Assembly: GCA_002633005.1 (NCBI GenBank)
Contig: NMRA01000168.1
Location: forward strand, 685,129-749,128
DNA: 64,000 nucleotides
Reading direction: 5' to 3'
From: Phoronis australis
Taxonomy: Eukaryota > Animalia > Phoronida
The notes under the pieces are model-generated. The model did no database searches. It worked only from the letters and a program-made list of their open reading frames with translations, and had not been told where the DNA came from. Made by a program: the position numbers and the translations under genes. This document shows, in pieces, positions 14,301 through 26,300 of this stretch; positions within the stretch are counted from its first letter, which is position 1, and each line of letters begins with the position of its first letter.

Positions 14301-17300
14301 AAACTCCGATTTTCCTTTAATATGCTGTTTTAGTTTCACTACTAAGTCAACTTTTGATTTTGATACAAATCGAGAGTGAACTCGTCGTTGAATTCTCAAT
14401 GTCATCGAGGATGTATAGGGATCTGTTCACGCAACTCTACTAAGGTTGGAACTAAGTCCTTATGTAGTTTCATTGAATTCAGGTCTCAGTTTTTAATTAT
14501 ATTACTAGGAAATATCATCAGTCACAAAGCAGCTCACAATAAAGATGAAATGATTGAAAAATATCGCATGTGTGAGTAAACAAAGACACAAATAGGCAAA
14601 AAAATTAGGGAACTTAGTTGAGTCCCTATTTGGGACTGTTTCATGCAACCCGGCACTGATGCCAGTAATGGACAGAATGTTTTTGACTAGCCTTTCATGA
14701 CTGACACAGTTTCCGCGTGTGTCCTTTTGTTGACGATGATAGTCGCATCATTGAGTACACCTAGTATCAAGTGCGACAGCTAAACAGCACCAGCAACTTT
14801 GAAGGGGGCGCCGTCAGGACACTTCTGGAGCAGTTCCTTAACTAGCTAGGGTTTCTCTGTAGCCTACTGCTGTTATTGCTGAGCCACTGTCAAGCTTCAA
14901 GTTTGCACTATTTCCGTTGACAGTAGCGTTCACTTACCAGAACTCACCTTTCTCGTTGACTTCTTCAAGAAACATAGCCATGTTACCTGCTAAAGCTTCG
15001 ACCGGTGTTTCTATGTCAGCAGTATTCTTGAAAGTAGACTGTCAGGCAATAGACCAATGACCTGTTTTGCCGCAACTGTGACACTTTCTGTCTTTGCCTG
15101 TACAACATTTTCTTGGGTGTGGTTTTGGTCTGCAGGTCTTACGTTGTGTAAACTGGTATTATTTGGAGTTGATTTATTGTTTGAAGCTTCAGACTTCTTC
15201 TGGCTAAACTTGGGTTTCTTGTGCCGTTTAACAAACTCAACAGCGGTTCCAGCTTTGCCAGACATCACTTGTTTCTGAGTGCGCGAAACTTCCGCTGCCC
15301 GTAGATTCTCAATGGCTTTTGCAAGGCCTGGCATACGGCGTTCTCTTAGAAGTCTCTCACGTCCTCCATGGATGATCGTCTCAACGACTATTCTGTTTGT
15401 GATCAGTGAGTCCTCCAGTTTCCCCAAATCGCGTGAGTCAGCCAACTTGCGTAATCTTAGGGCAAACACCCCAATGATCTCTCCAGTTTTTGGACTGCTT
15501 TGTTGAAGACAAATCTATCATAGAGAACGTTTTTCTGAGGGTCGAAGTACGGCTTTAAGGCATCAATGATATGAGAATTCCGTCTGTCTTCTGCACTGAC
15601 CTTAGGCTAGTTTAAAAGTTTTCGCTTACACACCTGCCCCATGACAGAGCAGAGTGTTGCAGCAACAATAGAGACCCTTTCGGATGTAGGGTACAGTCCT
15701 ACTTCATCTTTTTCGAATCTAGTTCTGTGGCGGTCACTTAGTACATCCCCGCGGTGTCACATACTTGCCATTTCTCCGCCAGGTTCCCTTGCACTGATAT
15801 GGGGGTTAGCGCTGGTCTTTGATGTGTTTCCACTTTTGTAACATTTAACTTTTATGTAACCCTACTTATACTTGCGCGTAAAGTTCTCGTATAGAGCCTC
15901 ACAATTTGTGCGCCAGTTCCTTTCCCGTTAACACTCAGCTCAAAACATACACAACGCAGACAAGTTTATGACGTCATGGAAAATTCCGAATTTTGCAGAA
16001 AAACAGCCAAACGTTTTTTATGGGCAGTTCCAGTCTTTTTTCTGTTATTTTACATGATATCCTTCGAAAACAGCACAGAAGGTTCTTGACACAAACCTCT
16101 TGAAGGTATCACTTTATAATGCCAGGTTGTTTCGCCACAGTCAAAAAAAATGACACAAACCTCCGCTGCCACCATGTAGAAACAACAACATTCATGGAGG
16201 TCGAACCCGAACTCAATATTTTCATATCTAAAGTCTACAGAGATATAATACATGTACTACAACGAAGGCCACTGTAAACCTGGCGTGCGTTCAGTAACGT
16301 TAGGACCTACTCTAGTACCTAGCTAGTATCTAACCAAAGTCACGTGTTCTCGTTTAAAATACCCGGCAGCATCTCACGTAATCTTGCGAAGTATCGCTTT
16401 TTAGCGAGGCTAATACATGTAGCATTACTGAACGGGAAGCTGGATCACTCGTCTTCGTCCGTACAACTTACTCGTATTTAGGAAATTTGAACACAGATAC
16501 ACTCTCGGTCAAGTTATTGTTACTACAGCCTCCATAAAGGAGATTTTTACGAACTCTTCTCTCACAACTCTTTAGTATCACACTTGTTACAACAGCAGTG
16601 GATGAGGCAATCTTCCACGCATTGTGTACATCCCCGGAAACAGAAAAATATATATTTTTTTAACTTTGGTGTGTTCCTTAGCAACAGGAATACTAAAGGC
16701 TATTAAATCACTTAACATGTGTTGATTGTTTTCCATTTGAGACGCATGGCCATGATGGGAACTTTTTAAAGCCTTGTCTGCCATGAAAATAAGCCCAAGA
16801 CAGGGACTCTTAACTGTCAACATTACAATGCACCATAATATGTGTGTGCCGCACGAAGGTCCGTATATTCTAATTCCAAGAAAGACTTCACAAAGCATGT
16901 CCAAAGGTCAACAAATCCGAACGCTAATACATGTAATTTTGAAGGTGCATAATTTTAGCAAACTTGTCACTAGCGTAGGACTCAAAATATTTTGAGGCCA
17001 ACGACATTTAACATAAATCAAACGTTGCGAGTAATCTTTGGAAAATTTGTTCCAGGTGCAATGCCTGAAATGTCCGAAACAATTTCTTTGAAGTTACCCA
17101 TCGAGTCCTCGTTTCTAATCAAATACTATGTGTTGAGCCTCCGGACTTGTAAGCTTTTATATTTGAGAACTTTCGGACATCTGAACTGTTGAGCTTGTTT
17201 ACCTTCGGACAATTAATTCTCCCCACTACCAAGGATTCTCACAACGGCATCATTTCAAATATGGGATGACTTATATTTCTTTAATCATCACGTGTAATGC

Positions 17301-20300
17301 ACCCATGAGCAAAATTGCACAAGGTCGCATGTTTCCCGACTTGGAGTTTCAACCAACGGACAAGTTTCACTAAAGACGAACTTCAATCGGTCTGTATAGA
17401 TCCTAGTAACCTCACTAACGACTGGGGTCTGCTGAAACTACTTTAAGATAAATTCGATCTCTGGCTTCAACTTCGCAATTGCTGAGTGAAGATTTAGCCA
17501 TGGAAATATGAGCGCCTTAAGCTTTGGAATTGATGTCCGGAAATTACCTCACAAACTTTTTTGTCTGTTAGCACCCCACATTGCATGACCTAATGAATGT
17601 GAGACTGAAATGATTTCTGCAACAACCGGGACTCGAACCCTGGACCTTCTGCTAACCAAGTAGACCAGCTGGTCCACTGAGTCATAATGACCACCGGTCG
17701 AACACTGAAATTCAGATTTCGAAGTGAGCATCTCGCCCTTGTGTGTATATATGAGTATCTCAGTAACAAGCAGTGTTATCTGTGTTTTGAAAGTCTACAT
17801 CTTTGCTCTAATGAGATTTGTTTATATTTCTAAAATAATTACAATTCTATATGGAACGTAAGACCAAATTTCTGTCTTGAGTGTTAGGTCCCTTTTCTTG
17901 AAACAGGTCCCGGGTAACATCTGTCAACGCGTCATCATGGTTTTAATGACCGTTAGGTAAATTGTCTATTTTGAAGTGCCTGTACTTAAAACAAGAAGAA
18001 TTCATACAACGTAACCGTTTAGTCTGCGAAGTATGTTTAACGTTCTCATGTTAACATACGCATTCGGCTCAGCCTTTTGACCACTCTACTCCTTCATATT
18101 GCACCTTACATATAGACGGGGAACGAACTGCTATCAGACTGTAGAGTAAGTGACCCATAGAAACTGCCTGGACTTTTATGTTCAATGTGATTCATAATCA
18201 AATCGAATAGCATTAAATGCTCCGCCAGTACTCAACCAGATTAATATTACCTAACGAGTTCGTTTCAAAGTATGAAATACGACACTTTTCTACACTAAGT
18301 ACAGTGTATAAGCCTTAATTGTCCCCAAAAGGTCCAATCACACGTATAATGTGGTAGCCTCGTTTTCACGAAGAGACATCGCATTACAACGGACTGTGAG
18401 ATGCCTGTCATCCTTAGCCGAATGAAACCGACCATTTTTTTACGGAAAACGGAAAGCTATATTTCTAGCAAACCGTTGAGCTGGGTGAAGGACGCCATTT
18501 TAAAACCGTGCAAGCACAATGGCAGCGTGAAAAGGTGTTTCAGGTTTTGTTTTGTAAACGCAAAAACTCGCAGAATTGCAGAAGCAAGCAAATATTTGCG
18601 AGATACACCTTACATTGGAAACTAAGCACGCAACCACACTGGCTTTTCTATAGAGTGCTTTTGTTCTACAGAGCCTAGCAAAGAATTTGGTGGTGCTCTT
18701 TGCAACCAAGGGATTCCTAGTTTTGATATCCTGTACAAGACAATTTTAGTCTATCAAGCAAATTGCGTGCATGCGTTTGTAACATTGAACACGTCAGCAG
18801 CCTTGTTGACTGTATATACTTCCAATATCGACCGCCGCAGTCAGCTGTGTCCTTACTCTTTGTAAAATGTACGACGCATACATGTAACTACATTCTACAT
18901 TGCAATTAATTTCAGATGTGAATGAATGTTTCCACGATTTACACGCTTGCCATGAGAGTGCAACTTGCTTGAATAGTCCAGGAAGTTACTCGTGCCGCTG
19001 CATGTCAGGATTTACAGGAAATGGCACATTTTGTTCAAGTGAAGTATAGTACTGAAGACTGTATTGTCTTTTTGAAGTTCTAAACTTCCGTATTAACGTG
19101 AAGTAATCGTAAATTTCAGCATGGATATTTGTCTGTTCTTATAGAAGTAATGTTTTGCGTAGTGTGTTCCTGAATATTGTTTTCCATTCGTTTGCACTAG
19201 AGGAATTTGTTAATTGCATAATCGACATTTGTCCATTCTTGCATTAAAATGTTCATAATACATGGATTTTTGAAAATCAACATAACGAAGATGTTGAACA
19301 AAACCCTTTCCTTCTCTGTAAGACAGGTACGCATCAATGCACAATCTCATATTATCTTCTTCTTAGTCTGTGACATTAACAAAACAATGCAAATTGTTGC
19401 GCCTTTGAGTTCAAATCATTTTTGCCGATGTTTAAAAAAGAACACCTTGAATTCAAAGTAGACTCGCATCCTGCTTCTTTTGTTTTACGACTGCAGGGGC
19501 GGATCTAGGATTTTGAGTTCGAGGGGGAGCCAGCGCAGACTATTAGCCAGGATTTTAGTCGCCAGACATTCGCACATCCGAACTGCCAGATATATCTGGG
19601 AGAATTTAAGGGGCCATGGCCCCCTTGTCCCCCTCTAAAAATCCATTGACATGCCCAAGTCTTCGTTTGTCTACCCTCTTGAACCTTCCTGCCACCCTTC
19701 GAACGTACCAGTTCCTAATCGCCAAAGCTTACCATCAACACAATTATACACCTGATCTGATAATATGAGATATTTTTTACTTTTACTTTCGTCCGGTGCA
19801 ATTGACCCGTTTTTGGATTTCAAAAATGGATAAATGCGGATCACAGAGCGTAGGTTTGTAGTATTCGAGCTATGCAATCAAAATTGCTTAAGATTGTTCC
19901 AGTCATGTATACATGTACATGTTCGTGTATTTAGATTTGAGGAGTAGACGTACAGCAGTTCACATGTGCACACGGGTAACCGAAAGTCTGATATTTCATT
20001 GAATTGCAGGAAAGATGTGTGGTAGACCAACTACCAACGCAAATTCAACTGTCAGTTACACGTCACAGGAGTACGAAGGCGTGGCAAAGTATTCGTGTGA
20101 CGACGGGTATGAACAGTCCGGAGGTAACGTTACACGAATCTGCGATGTTGACGCACAATGGACAGGAAACCCTATTGATTGTTCCAGTACGTAACCTAGA
20201 AAATGTTAGAAAACTATCCGTAGTTATTGCTCTTATTTGATTTCACTTTTGCAGTAAAATGTTTTATGCAAAGTACAATTCCAGTGATATTGTGTTCCAA

Positions 20301-23300
20301 CGATCAACAGTAAAAAAACTTCTGTCGCACTCTTGGATTTCAGGAAGGAATTGCGGACCTCCACCATTCAGCGTCAGTTCAACTGTGAGCTGTACATCTC
20401 AGGTGTACGAAGGAGTGGCAACTTATTCGTGCAACTCTGGGTTTGAACAATCGGGTGGTAACGCAACACGATTCTGCAGCCCGAACGGAAAATGGACTGG
20501 AAATCCTCTGGAGTGCTCCAGTACGTGATAGAACAGGTGTTCAAAGTGTGCCAGTGACAACTGTATCTTATATTTGTGCATTGTACTAAAAAGTTGTTGT
20601 TGCTTGTGTGTACATGCATTTACGTTTGAGTAACGTGAATGCAGCCGTGTACATGCTCAGAATGGATAGCACGAGGTCCGATATTTCATTCACTTACAGG
20701 AAAAAAATGCGGCCAACCAACTGCAAACGCCAATTCAGCTGTCACTACCACGTCACAGCTGTACGAAGGAGTTGCAACATACTCGTGCAACGATGGATAT
20801 AAACAAACGGGGGGTAACGTTACGCGAATCTGTGAGGCTGACGCAAGTTGGAGTGGGAATCCTGTCGAATGTTCCAGTAAGTAACACAGACATATCAACG
20901 AGATGTGCATAATATTAACGTGTTCTTCCTCAGACTGCTATTGTCCTAAGCAAATAACCTGTCCTATGCTAGGGTGTTTCAATGGTCAACACTAATAACA
21001 AAGTTTGCACTACACGCTTCGTTTTCAGGAAAGAGCTGCGGAGTTCCACCATACAACGCAAATTCATCAGTGAGCAGTACTTCGCAGGAGTACGAAGGAG
21101 TGGCAACTTATTCGTGCAACTCTGGGTTTGAACAAACCGGTGGTAACGCACCACGATTCTGCGGCACGAACGGAAAATGGACTGGAAATCCTCTGGAGTG
21201 CTTCAGTACGTGATAGAACAGGTGTTCAAAGTGTGCCAGTGACAACTGTATCTCATAGTTGTGACTTGTACTAAAAAGTTGTTGTTGCTTGTGTGTACAT
21301 GCATTTAAGTTTGAGTAACGTGAATGCAGCCTTGTACGTGCTCAGAATGGATAACACGAAATCTGATATTTCATTCACTTACAGGAAAAAAATGCGGCCA
21401 ACCAACTGCAAATGCCAATTCAGCTGTCACTACCACGTCACAGCTGTACGAAGGAGTAGCAACATACTCGTGCAACGATGGATATGAACAAACGGGGGGT
21501 AACGTTACGCGAATCTGTGAGGCTGACGCAAGTTGGAGTGGGAATCCTGTCGAATGTTCCAGTAAGTAACACAGACATATCAACGAGATGTGCATAATAT
21601 TAACGTGTTCTTCCTCAGACTGCTATTGTCCTAAGCAAATAACCTGTCCTATGCTAGGGTGTTCCAATGGTCAGCACTAATAACAAAGTTTGCACTACAC
21701 GCTTCGTTTTCAGGGAAGAGCTGCGGAGTTCCACCATACAACGCAACTTCATCAGTGAGCAGTACTTCGCAGGAGTACGAAGGAGTGGCAACTTATTCGT
21801 GTGACGCTGGATTCGCGCAATCGGGTGGTAACATAACACGAATCTGTGGAGCGGACGGGAAGTGGACTGGAAATCCTCTGGAATGCTCCAGTACGTAATG
21901 CAACATATGTTCTAGATATGCTCCCTGACAATCTATTANTGTGTGCGTGTGTGTGTGTTTGTGTGTGTTTGGGTGGGTGGGTGTGTTAACATTCAACTTC
22001 CCAGCCAGTCTGCCACTGCAATCAGGCAGTGTATATAATTTTTTTTTCTTTTTAAGCTCCGGAGACCGCTTTCGCGTTATATCCAGGTTCTCATTCAACC
22101 CCTTGCTTACATGTACATTCACTAGTAGGACTGAACTCAGTGAAGCCAGGATTTGAACTCAATCTCTCAAACATTTTCCGGAGCTCAAACCACTGAGACG
22201 TATTGTTTCCCCAGACCAGGCAGGGTTTTTAACACTTTTTTCGAAACCCACATTTAAGCTTAGAGTAGCAAAATCTAAATTGTAGAAGCGTGAATGAAAT
22301 CGGGATTGAGCAAAAGTTAAGGTACATGTTTGATAACTACTGTACGGTGAAAAGCAAGACCCGAGCTTTTATTGGAACATCCTTTAGAATATGATACATT
22401 TTCAGCTGTGGCTGCACAGAAATGCAAATATTGCCATAATGTGTAACTCTTAAACGGGCGTGGAAATGTAGATAAAAAATAATTTAGACATGGCTTAGTG
22501 GCTAGAACAGCTGCACGGTTAGCAGAAAGGTCCACGGTTGGACTTCCGTTGAGAGGCAGACATTTTATTCGACTGATGTTCGTTGGGTCACGTCGATTGA
22601 CCAACGAAATGTTTGTGATTGTCATAAATGATAAAAAAACTAAACTAATTGCAAGCTGTCTGGAACACGTTGTACCAGACGTGCGCAGGCCGCGCATGTG
22701 GGCCCATTGCACTGATCACCTGGAAATATTTCTGTGCTTTATAATACTGTATATAGTTAAACTGAGCTGAGTAGCTAGAGACACAACTCAAGGGTCTAGC
22801 TGTGTCGCCCAGTGGGACCCGAACACACAACCACGAGTAAAGAAGGCGGGCACCATCGCACTAAGCCACACTGTCTCCTCTTATGATAAATGATGCACGA
22901 CATATCCTTTTTTAAAAAATAATTTCCAGCTTTTGCCAGATCTAACTGAGATTCTTATTTTCAAACTTTGAGTCAAGTCTATCACCTTCACGTTGCCAAT
23001 TTCCATTAACGCTATTGTGGAATGACACTTACGAAATACGTTAATGCTTATAGGATCGACTTCTCAAGTTAATATTACTATGAGACTGTCTTTGGAGTAT
23101 AAAGCAAACTACAAGAACCTCTCAGACCCTGAAACCAAGCTGATTTTGAAGGACCTTTACATGGCAGTGAGTATTTTCTTTGTTATCGCACAACGTCGTG
23201 TCAGTACGAAGATTCTCTTTACAGACTCTCCACATCGAACGCTGATCCTGACAACGACTTTATTTGAGAGTCACTGATAAAGCTACCATAGTTTCGCGTA

Positions 23301-26300
23301 TTTTTTGTGGCGCTTTTCTTCGAAGACATATTTTAGCCCACGCTGATTCCAACCCGGTGCTCTTTCAACAAGGCCAGTATTCCGGAACCGGCGCTATTGA
23401 ATGGTGTTATCAGGAGCACGGCACGCTTAGTAAATTTGATAATGTTGTTTTGAAGAGTGTTCGCTTCATTTGACGACCATAACCAAAAGATTGATGGTCT
23501 GGCCTCTGCATTAGTTTTTTGAATTAGCAATTGCACGTTAGTCGTTTATGTTGTGCACTGATGTACAGCATATGTAAGTTGATATTATGACTTACTTATG
23601 TTAAGAGTAATCCCTAGACTGTCTAGCAAAAGGATGAATTGCAGTCAGGGTGGATATTTCTTAGTCTTGAATAACAGGTATAGCACCCGCTCATTTGAGC
23701 CGCGGCGATAATTTATCAATGATGTTTTTGCTTTGCACTTATACAAGACCGCACTTGGAACGGTGCTAATGCACGGCACGACTTTATTGGTTTTTATTGA
23801 TTTTCCAGCTCAATCTACTATACAGTGACACCATTGAACATTTCAAGGATATCGGAATCACTCAGTTGCGGTAAGAATAGTTATCCCCTACTACAGCACG
23901 TGTGTGCGAGCAGAAATGTTAGTTCTGCTGCAATGCTTCTCTGCAGCATATCTTTAACTAAGAAATTCAGGCCATAGCCGATTCGAACGAATATACATGT
24001 AGGAAGCCTAGAAAATCACTTCCGTGGCTACTGTTTGGGGGCAAGATAATTTTGTTGTTTTTATGGTCATTGGGTATTTAAGAATCTAAAGAATTCTCAA
24101 GTTTTGACTTGCACATCTTCAAGAAATTTGACCTAAAAATCTGACTTTTTGCAAAATTTGGCACAGGAAACAAATCTGCAAAAAACAACAAAACTAGACC
24201 AAACTGAATGACAATTTTATTGGGTTTTGTTCACTTGAAGTTACTGGACATGAAAAGTGATAAATATAATGACCTTAGGCGGAAAATTGCTCAAAACAGA
24301 CAAATAGAAATATTTTAGCAGCGCCTCCTGTTTTCCAGAAAACGTACTACTATATTTTAAACTGGAAGAAGAACAATACTAGTGTTAACCATTTGGAACT
24401 TGATAAAGATTTAGAATCACAGCACACTTTTCTTACATTTCGCCAATGAATTCACTGCCATCACTTTCAGTAAATGTCACAAATAATTATCATTATTCAC
24501 AATGCTCTTCATAGTCAACTGTCAAAGGGAACCATACACCATTCAGTCCTGACGTACACGAGCATGATAAAATGTATATATTTTCCATTAGGCATCGAAT
24601 TTAAAGTTTTTAACAACGTAGCTCACACTTTTTATGTTTGTTCATCCACTTCATTGTTTGTATTCATCGTTATTGTCATCAAGAGTCGTTTCTTGAGATA
24701 CCGTGTTCACAATCTCGACAGTCACACAACTTTGAACATAGCGGGCCCAACTTCAAATCAAGAGCACACTTTTGTACTACAATCACTCCTTTTACATTTG
24801 CAATTAACATTTTCATGAAATTTTCTGGGGCTAAATGCAGAGTCATCCAGTGAAAATTCAGACTACCCTACTCCAAAGGTCATCCGATTTACCAACTAGA
24901 GATGGTGTACTCACATGCTGTTGCAGGGCTCGTTTGTGAATGCCACACAGGTTGTTTGCTCTTTTGACATGTAGCAGCAAACAATCATGATTAGTAGGCA
25001 AACAATATTCCATTACAGATTTCAACCTGAATATGTGGTAGCGGGTTTTTTAACTGTTGATGATGAGCGCCGTACAGCTTGCTTACAAACTGTTCAATGT
25101 CTTCCATGAGTTGACAAGGAAACGCAAAATAGTGTTAAGCGCAACTTATTGAGAATGTTTAAAAATATCTCTGCAAGCCTACACCCTACCCAGAATATTT
25201 TTGTCAACCTGAATAAAGTTTCATCTTAACACTTCAGCCTTGCTAAAGTAATCATTTTTACTAAAACAGAAAACCAAAGTGCTCTTCACTTTAGCACAAT
25301 GTAGTTAACATGTGAAATTTTATTTTGCCAAGTGCTCTGCAAAAGTAAGCATAAATAGAAATGAGCAACATTACTAGCATTGATTGCACCCGAGAGTTGC
25401 CAATTTAAGACATACACATTTTTATCATCCTTAATGCTGTAGTTCAGTCTGTGAAAATAAAATAGAGGAATGGTCTTGTTGGCAATAGTCTTTGCTTGAG
25501 TTTGAAATTTCCCGTAGAGCTAAAATTTCTTTTGTGGCTTCCTGTTTTAGATAGCACATAATTGGAAGATTAAATTTCGTACAGTTAAAATTCCCGAATT
25601 CAAGAAGCTCCAAAATGTGAGACACTGAATTGTGAACAACATTTGAATTTTCGATATCATTAATTACAGAACAGGGGCAATGTTTGCATTTTTATATTTC
25701 TCAAAGTCCAAACACAGCTGATGTTTTTACATAAAAGGGTTAGAATATAGGCTTGGGATGTCATAAAGAGCAGAGCTGATCACCCACATGCAGGTAAAAA
25801 CTACATAAAGTTTCTTTGAGATTGGGATGGCTAATAATGTAAATTTATCAAGCAAACTAATTCTTTTTTCTAAAGATTTTTACCATACATGTAAATGATG
25901 GTTCTTCGAAATAAGCATAGGTAGGCCTTAATACAAGTGAATGTGTGGAAGTAGCTTTTCAAGTTTTCTTTTGTTTGTGAAGTGTTCTGTGATGGACTTT
26001 AATTTGTGGCAAATGATACAGTGGTGGCAACGCATATACATTTCTTTGAGCACTGTTAAACTGGGAGTGCTAGTCTCATTGATTTTCTAGTAGGTTGAAC
26101 ACCGTTCCCTTCATCAGCTTGGTCTTTTTTTTAAGAGCTGTTTCGATTTTTGATAAATATATTAAGTGTCTGTAATACTGGTGGTGGCAGAACAGCTCTG
26201 TTTTTTAACAAAAACTTAAAAACTTCTCAGAAATAATACTTTTCTTGCTCTGTATGCTGATCCATTTAAAGCAGTAGCCTTAGACCAGTAATATCTGAAA

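Larger units (their letters stand above)
20405..21801 (+). repeat. Near-identical tandem duplication, 685-bp period (two Sushi exons plus two introns)
   Basis: Exon starts 20344/21029/21714 and 20700/21385 are 685 bp apart. Introns 20521-20699 vs 21206-21384 and 20877-21028 vs 21562-21713 are almost identical. Confidence 0.93.

Noticed and set aside
17618-17692. Functional tRNA gene (also considered at 9205 and 54240)
   Set aside because: A/B boxes are present but the cloverleaf stems do not pair; SINE-like or pseudogene.
20010-21890. Regularly spaced repeats as a CRISPR-like array
   Set aside because: They are spliceable Sushi exons with duplicated introns; there are no short repeats with unique spacers and no cas genes.
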